From an uncultured Methanosarcinaceae archaeon (GTDB lineage: Archaea > Halobacteriota > Methanosarcinia > Methanosarcinales > Methanosarcinaceae): a DNA stretch of 64,000 nucleotides. Positions 30,005 to 39,934 of this stretch are shown here, in pieces (position 1 is the stretch's first letter; each line of letters opens with the position of its first letter). The translations under genes were made by a program, and so were the position numbers. Location: assembly GCA_963847185.1 (NCBI GenBank), contig CAWJYV010000006.1:18858-82857 (forward strand), in the 5' to 3' direction. Below the pieces are notes generated by a model that saw only the letters and a list, made by a program, of their open reading frames with translations, ran no database searches and was not told the DNA's origin.

Positions 30005-30789
30005 ATGACGGTGCTAAGGTTTAAAGCCATTGGGAAAAAGTGCTTAAATTTCATCCTAATGGCTGGGCATGCTGGAAATTTTCGAATAATAGATAAGGGT
30101 AGGAAATTAACAAAAAGAACAAATCGGAAGAATACGAGATATATGCCAATCCAGCTGGACTTCGAAATATTATACCTGCTGTAGGAAGAACCTCTCAGGA
30201 TGACCAAGAAATAAGTGATATGGGTAATAATGTTATAGTAATGAAAAATCTATTTTATGGGATTAAAAAACAGTCACTTTTGGCTCTGGATATTAAAATT
30301 GGAAAGAGTACAGCTTCAAGATCCCAAATCTTAGAATCTATGGAAATAACTTGGGTTGGAGCTTTTTTTAAGAAAGTAAAGATGGAGATATATGATTTTT
30401 ATACTAAATCTTCTACCCGAGGATGGCGTGCTATTCCAGTAAATAATGGAAATAGGGCGAAAATAGGTAGAAATTCCGAAACCTTTTTGCGGGAACAATT
30501 TGATAAAATAAAAGTGGGTAAAGAAACCATATTAAAAAATATTATAACTCAACTTGATCTGATTGAAAATACACTGGACCAAAATCAAAAAACTTTCATT
30601 GCATCCAGTGTCCTGATTGTAATTGATCTTCAATATCCAGAAAACACACGTGTAAAATTGATTGATCTAGCATATCCTATCGATTCAAAGAGTAAATTAT
30701 ATAAAAAATATAAAGAAAATTTTGACGATGGAATGCTTTCACTTATCGCTTTTTTAGAACTTATGAGCAGAACACGAAACAGGAAATAG
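30005..30789 (+). pseudogene. Inositol polyphosphate kinase (IPK)-family protein, frameshift near 30127
   Basis: AGH.G motif (30059 frame), then EEYEIY..LRNIIP, IVMKNL, LDIKIG, SSVLIV, VKLIDLA. Confidence 0.75.
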
Positions 30790-30879
30790 GATTAATAAAA
30801 AGCATAATTAGCATGAGATATAGTTTGAAACCTAGCAGGAGACCTGGAAAATGAAAGCTAATTTGGAGATGGAATAAAT

Positions 30880-30995
30880 AAGACCTGTGCGGTTGAATTG
30901 AATAATCAACGGCGTTAAATCTTCAACTATCTAAAGCTTCTATTTAGTGATAATGCCTATTGATTATGATTTTGAACCTCAAGTGCGCAAATCCT
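30880..30995. mobile_element. 116-bp MITE (family C, IS701-type ends)
   Basis: Aligns end to end with 49719-49834. Confidence 0.8.
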
Positions 30996-31088
30996 AATTA
31001 ATAAAGCTTTAAATGCAAAATCCTGAGCATTACAAAATACTTTCCCGTTGTAGTAATCTTTATTTTAGTCCAAAACCGATAATTATCA

Positions 31089-31754
31089 ATGGACATTCCG
31101 GGGAGAAAATACACTCAAGGAGCTAATCTTATAGGAGCTAATCTTCAAGAAGCGAACCTAGAAGGAGCTAATCTCATAAAGGCGAATCTTGAAGGAGCTA
31201 ACCTTCGAAAGGCTAACCTTCAAGGGGCTGATCTTCGAGGAGCTAACCTTTCGGATGCTCACCTTCTGGATGGTAAAGGGGCTGATATTCAAGAGGCCAA
31301 CCTTCAAAGAGCTAATCTTGTTGCGGCTGACCTTATAAAGGCTAATCTTACTGGGGCTAATCTTCAAGAAGCTAACCTTCAACTGGTTAATCTTCATCTG
31401 GCTAACCTTCAAAGAGCTAACCTTCGCGGGTCTAATCTTGAAGTGGCTAACCTTATGGGGGCTAACCTTCAAGGAGCTAACCTTCAGGGAGCTGACCTTT
31501 ATGGAGCTAATCTTCAAGAAGCTAACCTTCGAGAAGCTAATTTTCAGGGAGCTGACCTTTATGGAGCTGATCTTCATAAAGCTGACTTTGATAAAACTAA
31601 TCTCCAGGGGACTAATCTTGAAGGAGCTAATCTTACTGGGTCTCACAATCTATCAATTGACCAGATTTCTAAAGTGAAAACACTTCGTAATGCAAAATTA
31701 GACGAGGAACTCCTCATACCAGTAAGAGAGAAGTTTCCTGCTCTTTTTAAGTGA
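31089..31754 (+). CDS. Pentapeptide repeat protein
   Basis: A(N/D)LxG repeats throughout. Confidence 0.95.
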   Translation: MDIPGRKYTQGANLIGANLQEANLEGANLIKANLEGANLRKANLQGADLRGANLSDAHLLDGKGADIQEANLQRANLVAADLIKANLTGANLQEANLQLVNLHLANLQRANLRGSNLEVANLMGANLQGANLQGADLYGANLQEANLREANFQGADLYGADLHKADFDKTNLQGTNLEGANLTGSHNLSIDQISKVKTLRNAKLDEELLIPVREKFPALFK

Positions 31755-31842
31755 ATGTTTTTAAGTGAATGTTTTTTAAGTACATGGTTTCAAGTTCACG
31801 CTTAAATCCCGTTTTATGTTTTCTGTGCATATAATCTTGATT

Positions 31843-32079
31843 TTATTTTGATTCCTGGTTCTTATTTTTAAGTTTTTCAAGCAAATTTAATACTCTTTCT
31901 TTAGCAGCCTCTGTCTCCTGAGCATCTTTAGTAATGCTGATATTCAGGATATCCCCCTCTTTGCTTTCTTGAGGCAGTAAAAAAAGAGGAATATTAATTT
32001 TTACTGACTCTTCGTCCCTCAAAAGTAATACTGCAATACTTTCCTCTATCCTGTCGAGCGTTACTTTGAAGTTTCCCAT
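31843..32079 (-). CDS. DUF3006 family protein
   Basis: LDRIEE.IAVLL...LLP..SKEGDIL; the usual partner of ComEC-like MBL genes. Confidence 0.88.
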   Translation of the reverse strand: MGNFKVTLDRIEESIAVLLLRDEESVKINIPLFLLPQESKEGDILNISITKDAQETEAAKERVLNLLEKLKNKNQESK

Positions 32080-32081
32080 AT

Positions 32082-33596
32082 TTATCTCTCCAGGGTAGCT
32101 ACCTGCTTTCCACTGTCGTCATAGAGATAAGCTGTATCTCCATCATTGTTCCAGATAGGGCTGCCTGATCCCCAATATATTTCAGTAGCCGTATCCATGC
32201 CCTCTCCGGTATAAAGAGTTACAGAAGCCTTGGAACCCAGAGTGCAGGAAGGAAATGTATATGTGTGTTTGCTACCTTTATCCTCAATTTTCCAGTTTTC
32301 CAGTGAAACAGGAGAGAATCCCTTGTTAGTAAGCTCTACCCATTCATCCTGCAAGCTCAGCTCGCTAACATAAATCGTTGGTTCTGCAGAACCCTGGATC
32401 ACACTTTCTTCTGATTCGGCATCTTCTAATCCAATTTCTTCATTTCCGTTTTCAGATTTGACTTCTTCTGATTCGGTCTTGATTATATCTTCCTTTTCTT
32501 CTTCAGAGCTGGTTTTCTGAGCAGTTACTGCATAAGTGGAGCCATCTGTTGTAACTACAATTGTGCCGTCAAGATCGGTCCTGAAAACTCTGGAAGTTTT
32601 TTGTAATCTCTCAAGGACTTCTGCATGGGGATGTCCGTAGTTGTTTCCGGCTCCAACTTCGATGATGCTTATTTCAGGGTTTACAAGTGAGACAAATCTT
32701 TCTCCGCTTCCTGACCGGCTGGCATGGTGGCCGGCTTTGAGAATTTCAGAGTCCATGTCATATCCTGCATCCATAAGCTTTTCTTCAGTTTCAAGACCCG
32801 CGTCGCCCATAAACAGGAATGAAATTTCTCCGTAGCTTACTTTAAGAACCACAGAGTTTTCGTTCAGTTCATCAGAGTATTCTGATCTAGGGTTAAAAAC
32901 TTTAACCTCAATTGCAGGGTCGAACTCGATTTCTTCTCCCCTTTTAGCTACCTCAAATGGAATACTATTTTCATCAATGATTGTTAGCATGTTCTCGTAG
33001 GTTTTTGAGCTATGAGGAAAGCCGCTGTCTATGAAGTGCTGGACCTGAAATTCGTTTAGTATCTCATCCATGCCCCCGATATGGTCCGAATGAGGGTGGG
33101 TTGCAACAACATAGTCAAGGCTCGAGATGTTGTGTCCGCGAAGGTATGCTGAAACCTCTGACCCCTGGTCATGTTCTCCTGCGTCTATAAGCATAGTTTT
33201 TCCATTATATTCAAGAAGAATTGAATCCCCCTGGCCGACATCAAGAAAATTAACTGTTAAGTTTTCATCAGCGGAATTTACATCTCTTGATGCATTTTTA
33301 GATGGATCCCTATCTGCAGGATTATTATCTTCAAAATTATTCTCTACAGAATTTTCATCTTCAGGATCATTTTCCGCAAGCCTGCTAGCCTGATCTGACC
33401 CCGTCTCTTCAGCATGAACCTGAGTTTCAGTAAGGTCTTCCTCTCCTATTTGCTGTACAGGCTGTCCATCAGAAGGATCATCTTTTCCTGTATTTATCAC
33501 ACCGGTAATCAGCAAAATAATTACCAGACAAAGGATCCAGCTTACCAACCTACTTGAGGATTTTTTTCCTGGTTTCTCCAATTTATCACACCACAA
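32082..33596 (-). CDS. ComEC/Rec2-like MBL-fold hydrolase with lamin-tail domain
   Basis: LDVGQGD, THPHSDHIGG, NENS, GHH, YGHPH; C-terminal IWNNDGDTAYLYD. Confidence 0.92.
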   Translation of the reverse strand: MWCDKLEKPGKKSSSRLVSWILCLVIILLITGVINTGKDDPSDGQPVQQIGEEDLTETQVHAEETGSDQASRLAENDPEDENSVENNFEDNNPADRDPSKNASRDVNSADENLTVNFLDVGQGDSILLEYNGKTMLIDAGEHDQGSEVSAYLRGHNISSLDYVVATHPHSDHIGGMDEILNEFQVQHFIDSGFPHSSKTYENMLTIIDENSIPFEVAKRGEEIEFDPAIEVKVFNPRSEYSDELNENSVVLKVSYGEISFLFMGDAGLETEEKLMDAGYDMDSEILKAGHHASRSGSGERFVSLVNPEISIIEVGAGNNYGHPHAEVLERLQKTSRVFRTDLDGTIVVTTDGSTYAVTAQKTSSEEEKEDIIKTESEEVKSENGNEEIGLEDAESEESVIQGSAEPTIYVSELSLQDEWVELTNKGFSPVSLENWKIEDKGSKHTYTFPSCTLGSKASVTLYTGEGMDTATEIYWGSGSPIWNNDGDTAYLYDDSGKQVATLER

Positions 33597-33894
33597 CTTT
33601 AGCCAGATAATATCCAGATAATATATATGGATTTTATATTAAGCTGGTCTTTTATTAAACTATTTTTAAGGCTGTTTTTTATTAAGCTGTCTTCTTGCAT
33701 TCTACTTACATAACCCTTTTAGATCCCAATTTTTCCATTGGCAGTCATTTTATAATAAACGATGATTACTCCTGTGAAGTTCGACTCGTATAACTTCTAA
33801 TTGAAGTCATTGGGTTGTGAATTAAGAGTTTAGATAAAGTGTTTGTAAAAATTTATATGGTAGTAGAAACTATGTAGAAAAGGGGGCATGTAAA

Positions 33895-34044
33895 ATGGTG
33901 AAGTTAAAAAAATTGGTTAAATATCTGATCTTTGGTGGTTTCATTGGGTTGATACTTGTTTACCTTCGTTTCAAGAAAGTAAACGTTAAAGAATTTGTCT
34001 CAAAAAAAAAGGAGTCAAGAGTTAGTGGGGCTAGCGCAGATTGA
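33895..34044 (+). CDS. Small single-pass membrane protein (49 aa), not in ORF track
   Basis: MVKLKKLVKYLIFGGFIGLILVYLRFKKVNVKEFVSKKKESRVSGASAD*; AGGGGG and TTTATA upstream. Confidence 0.6.
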   Translation: MVKLKKLVKYLIFGGFIGLILVYLRFKKVNVKEFVSKKKESRVSGASAD

Positions 34045-34747
34045 AAGAGGTATAAATAAAAATTAAAAAGGTGACTTTAATTTTTTCTAAGTTTTCTGCG
34101 GGCAACTCAGAAATAATTTTAGCTTTTCCTAGTTCCGCTTTCCGGGTTCGTTTCGGGCTCACGGAAATCAGAAAGTTTCTTGGAGTTGCACTTCAAGTTC
34201 AACGATTCGCTGTCCGTTTCACTACGCTCAAACATGTTATTTTATAAAATTGTAACTTTTCCATCCGAGTTCCTTTTGAATATCCTCTTTTATATTTTTC
34301 TGTTTTTTCCGTAGTTTACCTGTTTACCTCTATGTTTGATGGCATTTGTTCAACGGAAGAAAAATCAGTATACTGTATCAATTAGGTATTTTAGCAATTT
34401 GGTCATTTCATCAATTCGACATTCTGCAGTTTATATATTTTACAAATCTAGTTCCAAATTTGATTAATATTTATTTAAAAGTTGAATGCTTTTTTAAATT
34501 GATCTCATATTAAGAAAGGTTAGTATTTCTGCAGGTTTCTTCAAAATAAGGAATTCTATTGAAAGTGGTTTCGAATAAATGCTGGGTTTCAACATAAAAA
34601 TATATTTTATAATTAGATATCAATCTATTTTATTTTCGCTTATAGGGAGTCTGCAAGATCAGCATCTATAAGAAAAAAAATATATAGTAATATATGTAAT
34701 AGGTAAAATATTATTACACAGATAAGTTAGAAATTGCTGGTGATACG

Positions 34748-35170
34748 ATGGAAACAGAATTGATGAGGATAGGGGTTTCCCTTCCAGATGGCTTGCTAGG
34801 AAAGTTTACTGAGATTATCGAAAATAGAGGTTACTCCTCCCGTTCGGAAGGCATACGGGATGCTATCAGAAGTTATCTTTCCCATTACGAGTGGATGAGT
34901 AACGTAAAAGGTCACCGTGTAGGTACCATTACAGTCATTTACGACCAAACAAAAAAAGGAATTGCCAAGGATCTATCAGATATCCAGCATCATTACTCTC
35001 ATCTGATCAAATCTTCCATGTATGTCCATCTCGATAATAACAATTATTTTGAGGTAATCGTTCTTGAAGGGGATGGTGAAGAAATTACCAGGTTTGCTGG
35101 ATCTATAATGGCCCTCAAAGGGGTAAAATTCTCAAAACTCACAACAGCAGCACCAGAAGAAAATATCTGA
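34748..35170 (+). CDS. nikR: NikR-family regulator with degenerate nickel site
   Basis: RIGVSLP...[15 protein letters not shown] ribbon-helix-helix plus ACT-like domain. Confidence 0.9.
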   Translation: METELMRIGVSLPDGLLGKFTEIIENRGYSSRSEGIRDAIRSYLSHYEWMSNVKGHRVGTITVIYDQTKKGIAKDLSDIQHHYSHLIKSSMYVHLDNNNYFEVIVLEGDGEEITRFAGSIMALKGVKFSKLTTAAPEENI

Positions 35171-35406
35171 TTTTTAAATTTGATATCCCTGTAAAATATA
35201 AATAGTGTAACCCTCTGGAAAGCTCAGGGAAAACAAGCCTAAAAGTAGTGAAATTAACTTCAATTTCTCCTGTTCAAGCTTTTGAAGTAATTTTAAAAAT
35301 ACTTTGGGATAGAATTTCCTAAGAGAAGACTTCCTAAGAGAGAATTTCTTTCTAGATAAACAAATTTTTGAAACCGGATTTTCAATAAATACGAAATAAT
35401 CTGTAT

Positions 35407-36105
35407 CTACCACAATAATGGAATTAGTCTGTAACGAATTTTCTTGCAGTATTCTTTATACCCCGGTAGATCTTTGGATAGAAACTTTTCTTCATCAAGA
35501 AGTCTCCAGATGATGATCAGCGTAATAGGAATGAGTACAAACATTCCCCACCATGAACCAAGCGCAATGGGAGTTCCAAAAAACATAATGAGAGCACCTG
35601 TATACATAGGGTGGCGGACTATTCCATAAGGTCCTGTTGTTATTACTTTTTGATCGGCAAAAACTGTAATAGTTGCGGCAGCGAAGGTGTTTTCCCTGAA
35701 AACGAGAAAGATGAGAAAATATCCCAGGGCTACGAGAATGTCTCCCGCAATAATAATGTAGATCGGAACATTCGACCACCCGAAACGATGGTCTAATGAT
35801 GGAATAACGAGGGCGGCAAAAAACAATATGTAAACAAACAGTTGTATAATCTTCTGAGTCTTTTCTTTCTCAGCACCAGGCCCGGTTTCAATCCTGCGCT
35901 CCAGAAGTTTCGGGTCTTTTTTCCATAAATAAACGGTGATCAATGCTGATGATACAACAACTATTATCGAGTAAACCCATGCCTGCCAGAAAGCAAATGA
36001 CCAGACTGGGACGAAAAGACATATTCCTAACATAAGAATAAGTTGCAAGAAGCCAAACAGAGTTTTCATTTTTAGCGTGTGAGATTTTTTACTAACGACA
36101 TTCAT
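35407..36105 (-). CDS. Isoprenylcysteine carboxylmethyltransferase-family membrane protein
   Basis: VITTGPYGIVRHPMY, EEKFL..LPGY.EY. Confidence 0.9.
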   Translation of the reverse strand: MNVVSKKSHTLKMKTLFGFLQLILMLGICLFVPVWSFAFWQAWVYSIIVVVSSALITVYLWKKDPKLLERRIETGPGAEKEKTQKIIQLFVYILFFAALVIPSLDHRFGWSNVPIYIIIAGDILVALGYFLIFLVFRENTFAAATITVFADQKVITTGPYGIVRHPMYTGALIMFFGTPIALGSWWGMFVLIPITLIIIWRLLDEEKFLSKDLPGYKEYCKKIRYRLIPLLW

Positions 36106-36338
36106 GAAATTACTCCTTTATATTCCCATATAATTTGAGTTCAGACGTATTTTCAATACCAAATTATATTCGGAAACCGGCATCAAATCCAATATCATAT
36201 TTTAATCTCATTAGAATTAATTTTTACCAAATACCTCTTGTATACTTTTCTTCGATTTTGCAATTTTACTTCGAGAAAATAATAAAGTTTTAATTGAATA
36301 CAGTAGTGTTATTTTGTAAAACTGGAATGAGGTAGAAC

Positions 36339-37010
36339 ATGAAGATAATCGGAATATCATCAAGCCCAAGAAGCAAGAATAGTAATACACTAAGACTGCT
36401 GAATGCAGCCATGGACGGAGCCGCAGAAGCCGGAGCTGAAATAGAGTTAATCGATGTCGCAAAATTGGAAATAAAATATTGCACTGCCTGCAATTCCTGC
36501 CATGACAAAGGTGTATGCTCAATAAAAGACAATTACAACACTGTGCTGGAAAAGTTGCTGGCTGCGGATGGCATTATCTGGAGCAGTCCCAACTACATAA
36601 CGAACGTGACAGCTCAGCTCAAGACCCTGTTCGACAGAAGCCCTCTTGTAATCCATGAACAGCTCTTTGAAGAAAAATACAGCCTTTCCTTAACAACTGC
36701 AGGCAGTGATGAGCTCGACTTTGTTCTTGGAATTATGGACAATTTTATGATACATTGTGGAGGCAAGACCATCGGAGGAGTAGGCTGTTCAGTGGCAAAG
36801 GGTCCTGAAGCAATGGAGGCAGCTATCGTAAAATCACAGGCAATGGGCAAAGATCTTGTTGAAGCGATAAAAGAAAAGAGATCATACCCTGAACAGGAAG
36901 CAAAACACGAAGCCTGGAGAGCACGGTTCAAATACGTCATCCTTGCAAATAAAGACCATTGGACGCACAACTGTGATTACTGGATGGAAAAAGGCTGGTT
37001 GAAGGAATAA
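36339..37010 (+). CDS. Iron-sulfur flavoprotein / flavodoxin family
   Basis: SSPR..SNT, CTACNSC....C, SPNY. Confidence 0.9.
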   Translation: MKIIGISSSPRSKNSNTLRLLNAAMDGAAEAGAEIELIDVAKLEIKYCTACNSCHDKGVCSIKDNYNTVLEKLLAADGIIWSSPNYITNVTAQLKTLFDRSPLVIHEQLFEEKYSLSLTTAGSDELDFVLGIMDNFMIHCGGKTIGGVGCSVAKGPEAMEAAIVKSQAMGKDLVEAIKEKRSYPEQEAKHEAWRARFKYVILANKDHWTHNCDYWMEKGWLKE

Positions 37011-37072
37011 TTTTTGGTAATTCTCAGAGGGATTATTGGTAATTTATTGGTGAATTTATTGGTGGGTTCATT

Positions 37073-37846
37073 ATGTTAAGCCTTGAAGAATTAGGGAGAA
37101 AACTTACAGAAGCCGGCAGGTTGAAATTACGTCCTCTATGCGTCTACGGCACGGATGAAATCCCTGAGGGAGCAGTACCATCATATACAATAGACCGTTG
37201 TATAGCAAAGGCAGTCTATACTTCAGCTCTTTTTGAAGAGACTCCTCCAATCTATGTTGAAGCAGCTCATGAACAGTGCTGCGGGGGTGGACTGGTGTGG
37301 CTGGGACTGACTGAACCTCATCCGAAACTGAAGTACTTTGTAACTACAGGTACGCCTGACTTTAGGGGAGGGGCTGCCGAGCATTTAAAGGCTACACCAG
37401 AACTGTTCGATGAACAGAAAAAACGTGCAGGAAAAATCACTCCCCCAGGGAAATACACAGTCGTCAGTCCCTGCACTGATGATATCGCACCTGAAAGAGT
37501 CAGATCCCTTATTCTCTTTGCAGGCAGCGAACAAATCCGGAATCTATGCGGGCTAGCCCAGTTCAATAATTCCGATCCCTTTTTTAAAACATTGATACCC
37601 GGTGGCCCTACCTGCGCTGTGATGATCGCTTTTCCGGCAGGCATGGCAGAAAATGCTCCGAAAGCCTCGGCTTATATCGGACCTGTTGATCCGACCGGAA
37701 ATCCCTGGCTGCCTCCGGAATTAATGATAATGGGCATTCCCGCAGCACTTGCGCAGCAAATGGCAGCCGACCTGGAAGAGTCTTTTATTGGCAAAAGGAG
37801 CAGGATAGCATATCCTGAGAATCGTATTATAGTAAAACCTAAGTGA
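37073..37846 (+). CDS. DUF169 family protein
   Basis: CGGG..WLG, PTCA..IAFP, GPVDPTG patterns. Confidence 0.7.
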   Translation: MLSLEELGRKLTEAGRLKLRPLCVYGTDEIPEGAVPSYTIDRCIAKAVYTSALFEETPPIYVEAAHEQCCGGGLVWLGLTEPHPKLKYFVTTGTPDFRGGAAEHLKATPELFDEQKKRAGKITPPGKYTVVSPCTDDIAPERVRSLILFAGSEQIRNLCGLAQFNNSDPFFKTLIPGGPTCAVMIAFPAGMAENAPKASAYIGPVDPTGNPWLPPELMIMGIPAALAQQMAADLEESFIGKRSRIAYPENRIIVKPK

Positions 37847-38044
37847 GGGGTATATAAAAGGAGTAAAACAAAGAACAAAACCGTTATTTGGCATGTAGAG
37901 ACAAGAATATATTTAAATCAGGGCGCTAATTCTCAGAAAGCTTAGAATTCATTCGCGCAGGCATTTGAGGGTCTGGAGACCTCCTTTACATGCACTTTCT
38001 TTCGTATACTCTATTATCCGATCCTTTTTGGTGATTTTTTGTCT

Positions 38045-38881
38045 ATGAAAATTAGCCGTGAAACCTTTGTCCGGTCTATTGCAGACCTCCTGCGAAAGGC
38101 GGAAGTTGAGCTTCCTGATGATGTAGTGGATGCGCTCAGGAAAGCTGAAGCTACAGAAAAAAGCCAGGTCGCAAGGTCTCAGCTTCAGGCAATCCTGAAG
38201 AATATCGAGCTTGCAAAAAAACATGGAGTCCCGATGTGCCAGGATACTGGGATCCTGATTTTCTTTGTGGAACTCGGGACGGAGTTTCAGCCTGGCTTTG
38301 ATCTGGAAGCCGCAATTAGAGAAGCGGTTATCCTTGCAACAGCCGAGATCCCTCTCCGTCCCAACGCAGTCGAACCCCTAACCCGTAAGAATAGCGGAGA
38401 CAATACGGGGGCAGGCATTCCGGATATCCACTGGAAAATTGTTCCCGGAAATGAGTTAAAAATCACCGTGGCTCCGAAAGGTGCAGGTTCGGAGAATATG
38501 AGTTCACTGCGAATGTTTAACCCTACTGAGACCGGAAGCATAAAAAATTTCGTGCTTGAGACCGTGGTAAATGCAGGAGGAATGCCCTGTCCTCCTCTTG
38601 TAATAGGAGTAGGAATAGGAGGCTCCTTTGATGCGGCAGCCAGACTTGCAAAAGAAGCTTTGCTCGAACCTCTGAATGCTTCTCCAGACAGCTTTGAAAG
38701 AGAAGTCCTCGAAGCTATAAACACTCTGGGAATAGGCTGTATGGGGCTTGGAGGTAGCACAACAGCCCTTTCAGTACGCGTGAAAACTGCATACTGTCAT
38801 ACGGCTTCTCTTCCGGTTGCAGTAAATATCCAGTGCTGGGCTAACAGGCATGCTTCAACTGTATTCAGGGAGGAAGAATAA
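38045..38881 (+). CDS. Fe-S fumarate hydratase/tartrate dehydratase alpha subunit
   Basis: PMCQDTG, KGAGSEN, PCPP..IGVGIGG, NIQCWANR. Confidence 0.93.
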   Translation: MKISRETFVRSIADLLRKAEVELPDDVVDALRKAEATEKSQVARSQLQAILKNIELAKKHGVPMCQDTGILIFFVELGTEFQPGFDLEAAIREAVILATAEIPLRPNAVEPLTRKNSGDNTGAGIPDIHWKIVPGNELKITVAPKGAGSENMSSLRMFNPTETGSIKNFVLETVVNAGGMPCPPLVIGVGIGGSFDAAARLAKEALLEPLNASPDSFEREVLEAINTLGIGCMGLGGSTTALSVRVKTAYCHTASLPVAVNIQCWANRHASTVFREEE

Positions 38882-39459
38882 TGGAATATCACCTGCAAAC
38901 CCCTCTGAAAAAAGAAGACATCGAGAAACTAGACGTCGGAGATGTTGTCTATATTTCAGGAGAGATTCTGACAGCCCGGGATGAAGCCCATGCCAGAATT
39001 CTCGAAATGAATGAAAAAGGAGAAGAACTCCCATTTTCCCTCAAAGGAGCAGTCATATATCACTGCGGCCCCCTTATGCATAGGGAAGAACAAGGATGGA
39101 AAGTCATATCAGCTGGCCCTACTACAAGCGGCAGGATGTCAAAAATGACTCCTCCTCTCATGAAGATCCACGAAGTGCGGGCAATTATAGGAAAGGGCGG
39201 GATGAAAAACGTCGCCTCGGCCTTAAAAAACAGATGCGTTTACCTTGCCTATACAGGCGGATGTGCAGCCCTTGCCGCAGAGTTGATCAAAGAAGTAAAA
39301 GACGTCCACTGGCTTGACCTTGGAATGCCTGAAGCAGTCTGGGTGCTCAGGGTGGAAAAATTCGGGCCCCTTATTGTAGGAATCGATTCAAAAGGAAAAG
39401 ATATTTTTGCAGAGATTATGGAAAAGGCTGAGAAAGTGCTTGAAGAATTGAAGAGATAA
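38881..39459 (+). CDS. Fe-S fumarate hydratase/tartrate dehydratase beta subunit
   Basis: TARDEAH, YHCGP, GPTTSGRM, IGKGGM, LGMPEA. Confidence 0.93.
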   Translation: MEYHLQTPLKKEDIEKLDVGDVVYISGEILTARDEAHARILEMNEKGEELPFSLKGAVIYHCGPLMHREEQGWKVISAGPTTSGRMSKMTPPLMKIHEVRAIIGKGGMKNVASALKNRCVYLAYTGGCAALAAELIKEVKDVHWLDLGMPEAVWVLRVEKFGPLIVGIDSKGKDIFAEIMEKAEKVLEELKR

Positions 39460-39547
39460 AAACAGCTTTTTTAGCTGTTTTCCACCCATTATTATACCTG
39501 GTTTGAATTATAGCTGGCTAGCATTTTTCTTTTGTTCCCATAATGGT

Positions 39548-39838
39548 TTAATTACCTGACCAGTAATCAGGGTTATTCTCAAGCAGCCTGAAGGCCTTCA
39601 CAAGAGGTTCCATCTTTCTGACAACGATTCTTCCGAGAAGGGAAAGATCGTATACTTTGTTCTCCTGAAACACAAGCCCATTTTCTTTTAGCTTTTTAAG
39701 CTGTGGCAGGGTTGCAACGGAATTTGTATCGAGTTTATCATTGATCTCATCTATAGTCCTTGGTTTTTCTTTGAGAAAAAGAAGCAACTCAGTTCTCTTT
39801 TCCGAAGACAGGAGAATTGTGATCAGGGAAGATCTCAT
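39548..39838 (-). CDS. Winged-helix transcriptional regulator, short or truncated
   Basis: SEKRTELLLFLKEKPRT...LPQLKKLKENGLV...YDLSLLG. Confidence 0.7.
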   Translation of the reverse strand: MRSSLITILLSSEKRTELLLFLKEKPRTIDEINDKLDTNSVATLPQLKKLKENGLVFQENKVYDLSLLGRIVVRKMEPLVKAFRLLENNPDYWSGN

Positions 39839-39934
39839 CTTCCCTTAGTGTAAGAACATAGCATATAATTATTTTCATTTTTAATTTATTAAAAGCCTTT
39901 GAATAGTGATATTTCATTTTGAGATTCTACTAAA

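Noticed and set aside
30182-30184. TAG ending the upstream IPK fragment as pyrrolysine
   Set aside because: The downstream IPK motifs lie in a different frame, so amber readthrough would not join them. I noticed no convincing in-frame UAG gene elsewhere.
31158-31677. Repetitive antisense and alternate-frame ORFs
   Set aside because: By-products of the 15-bp periodicity of the pentapeptide repeat gene.
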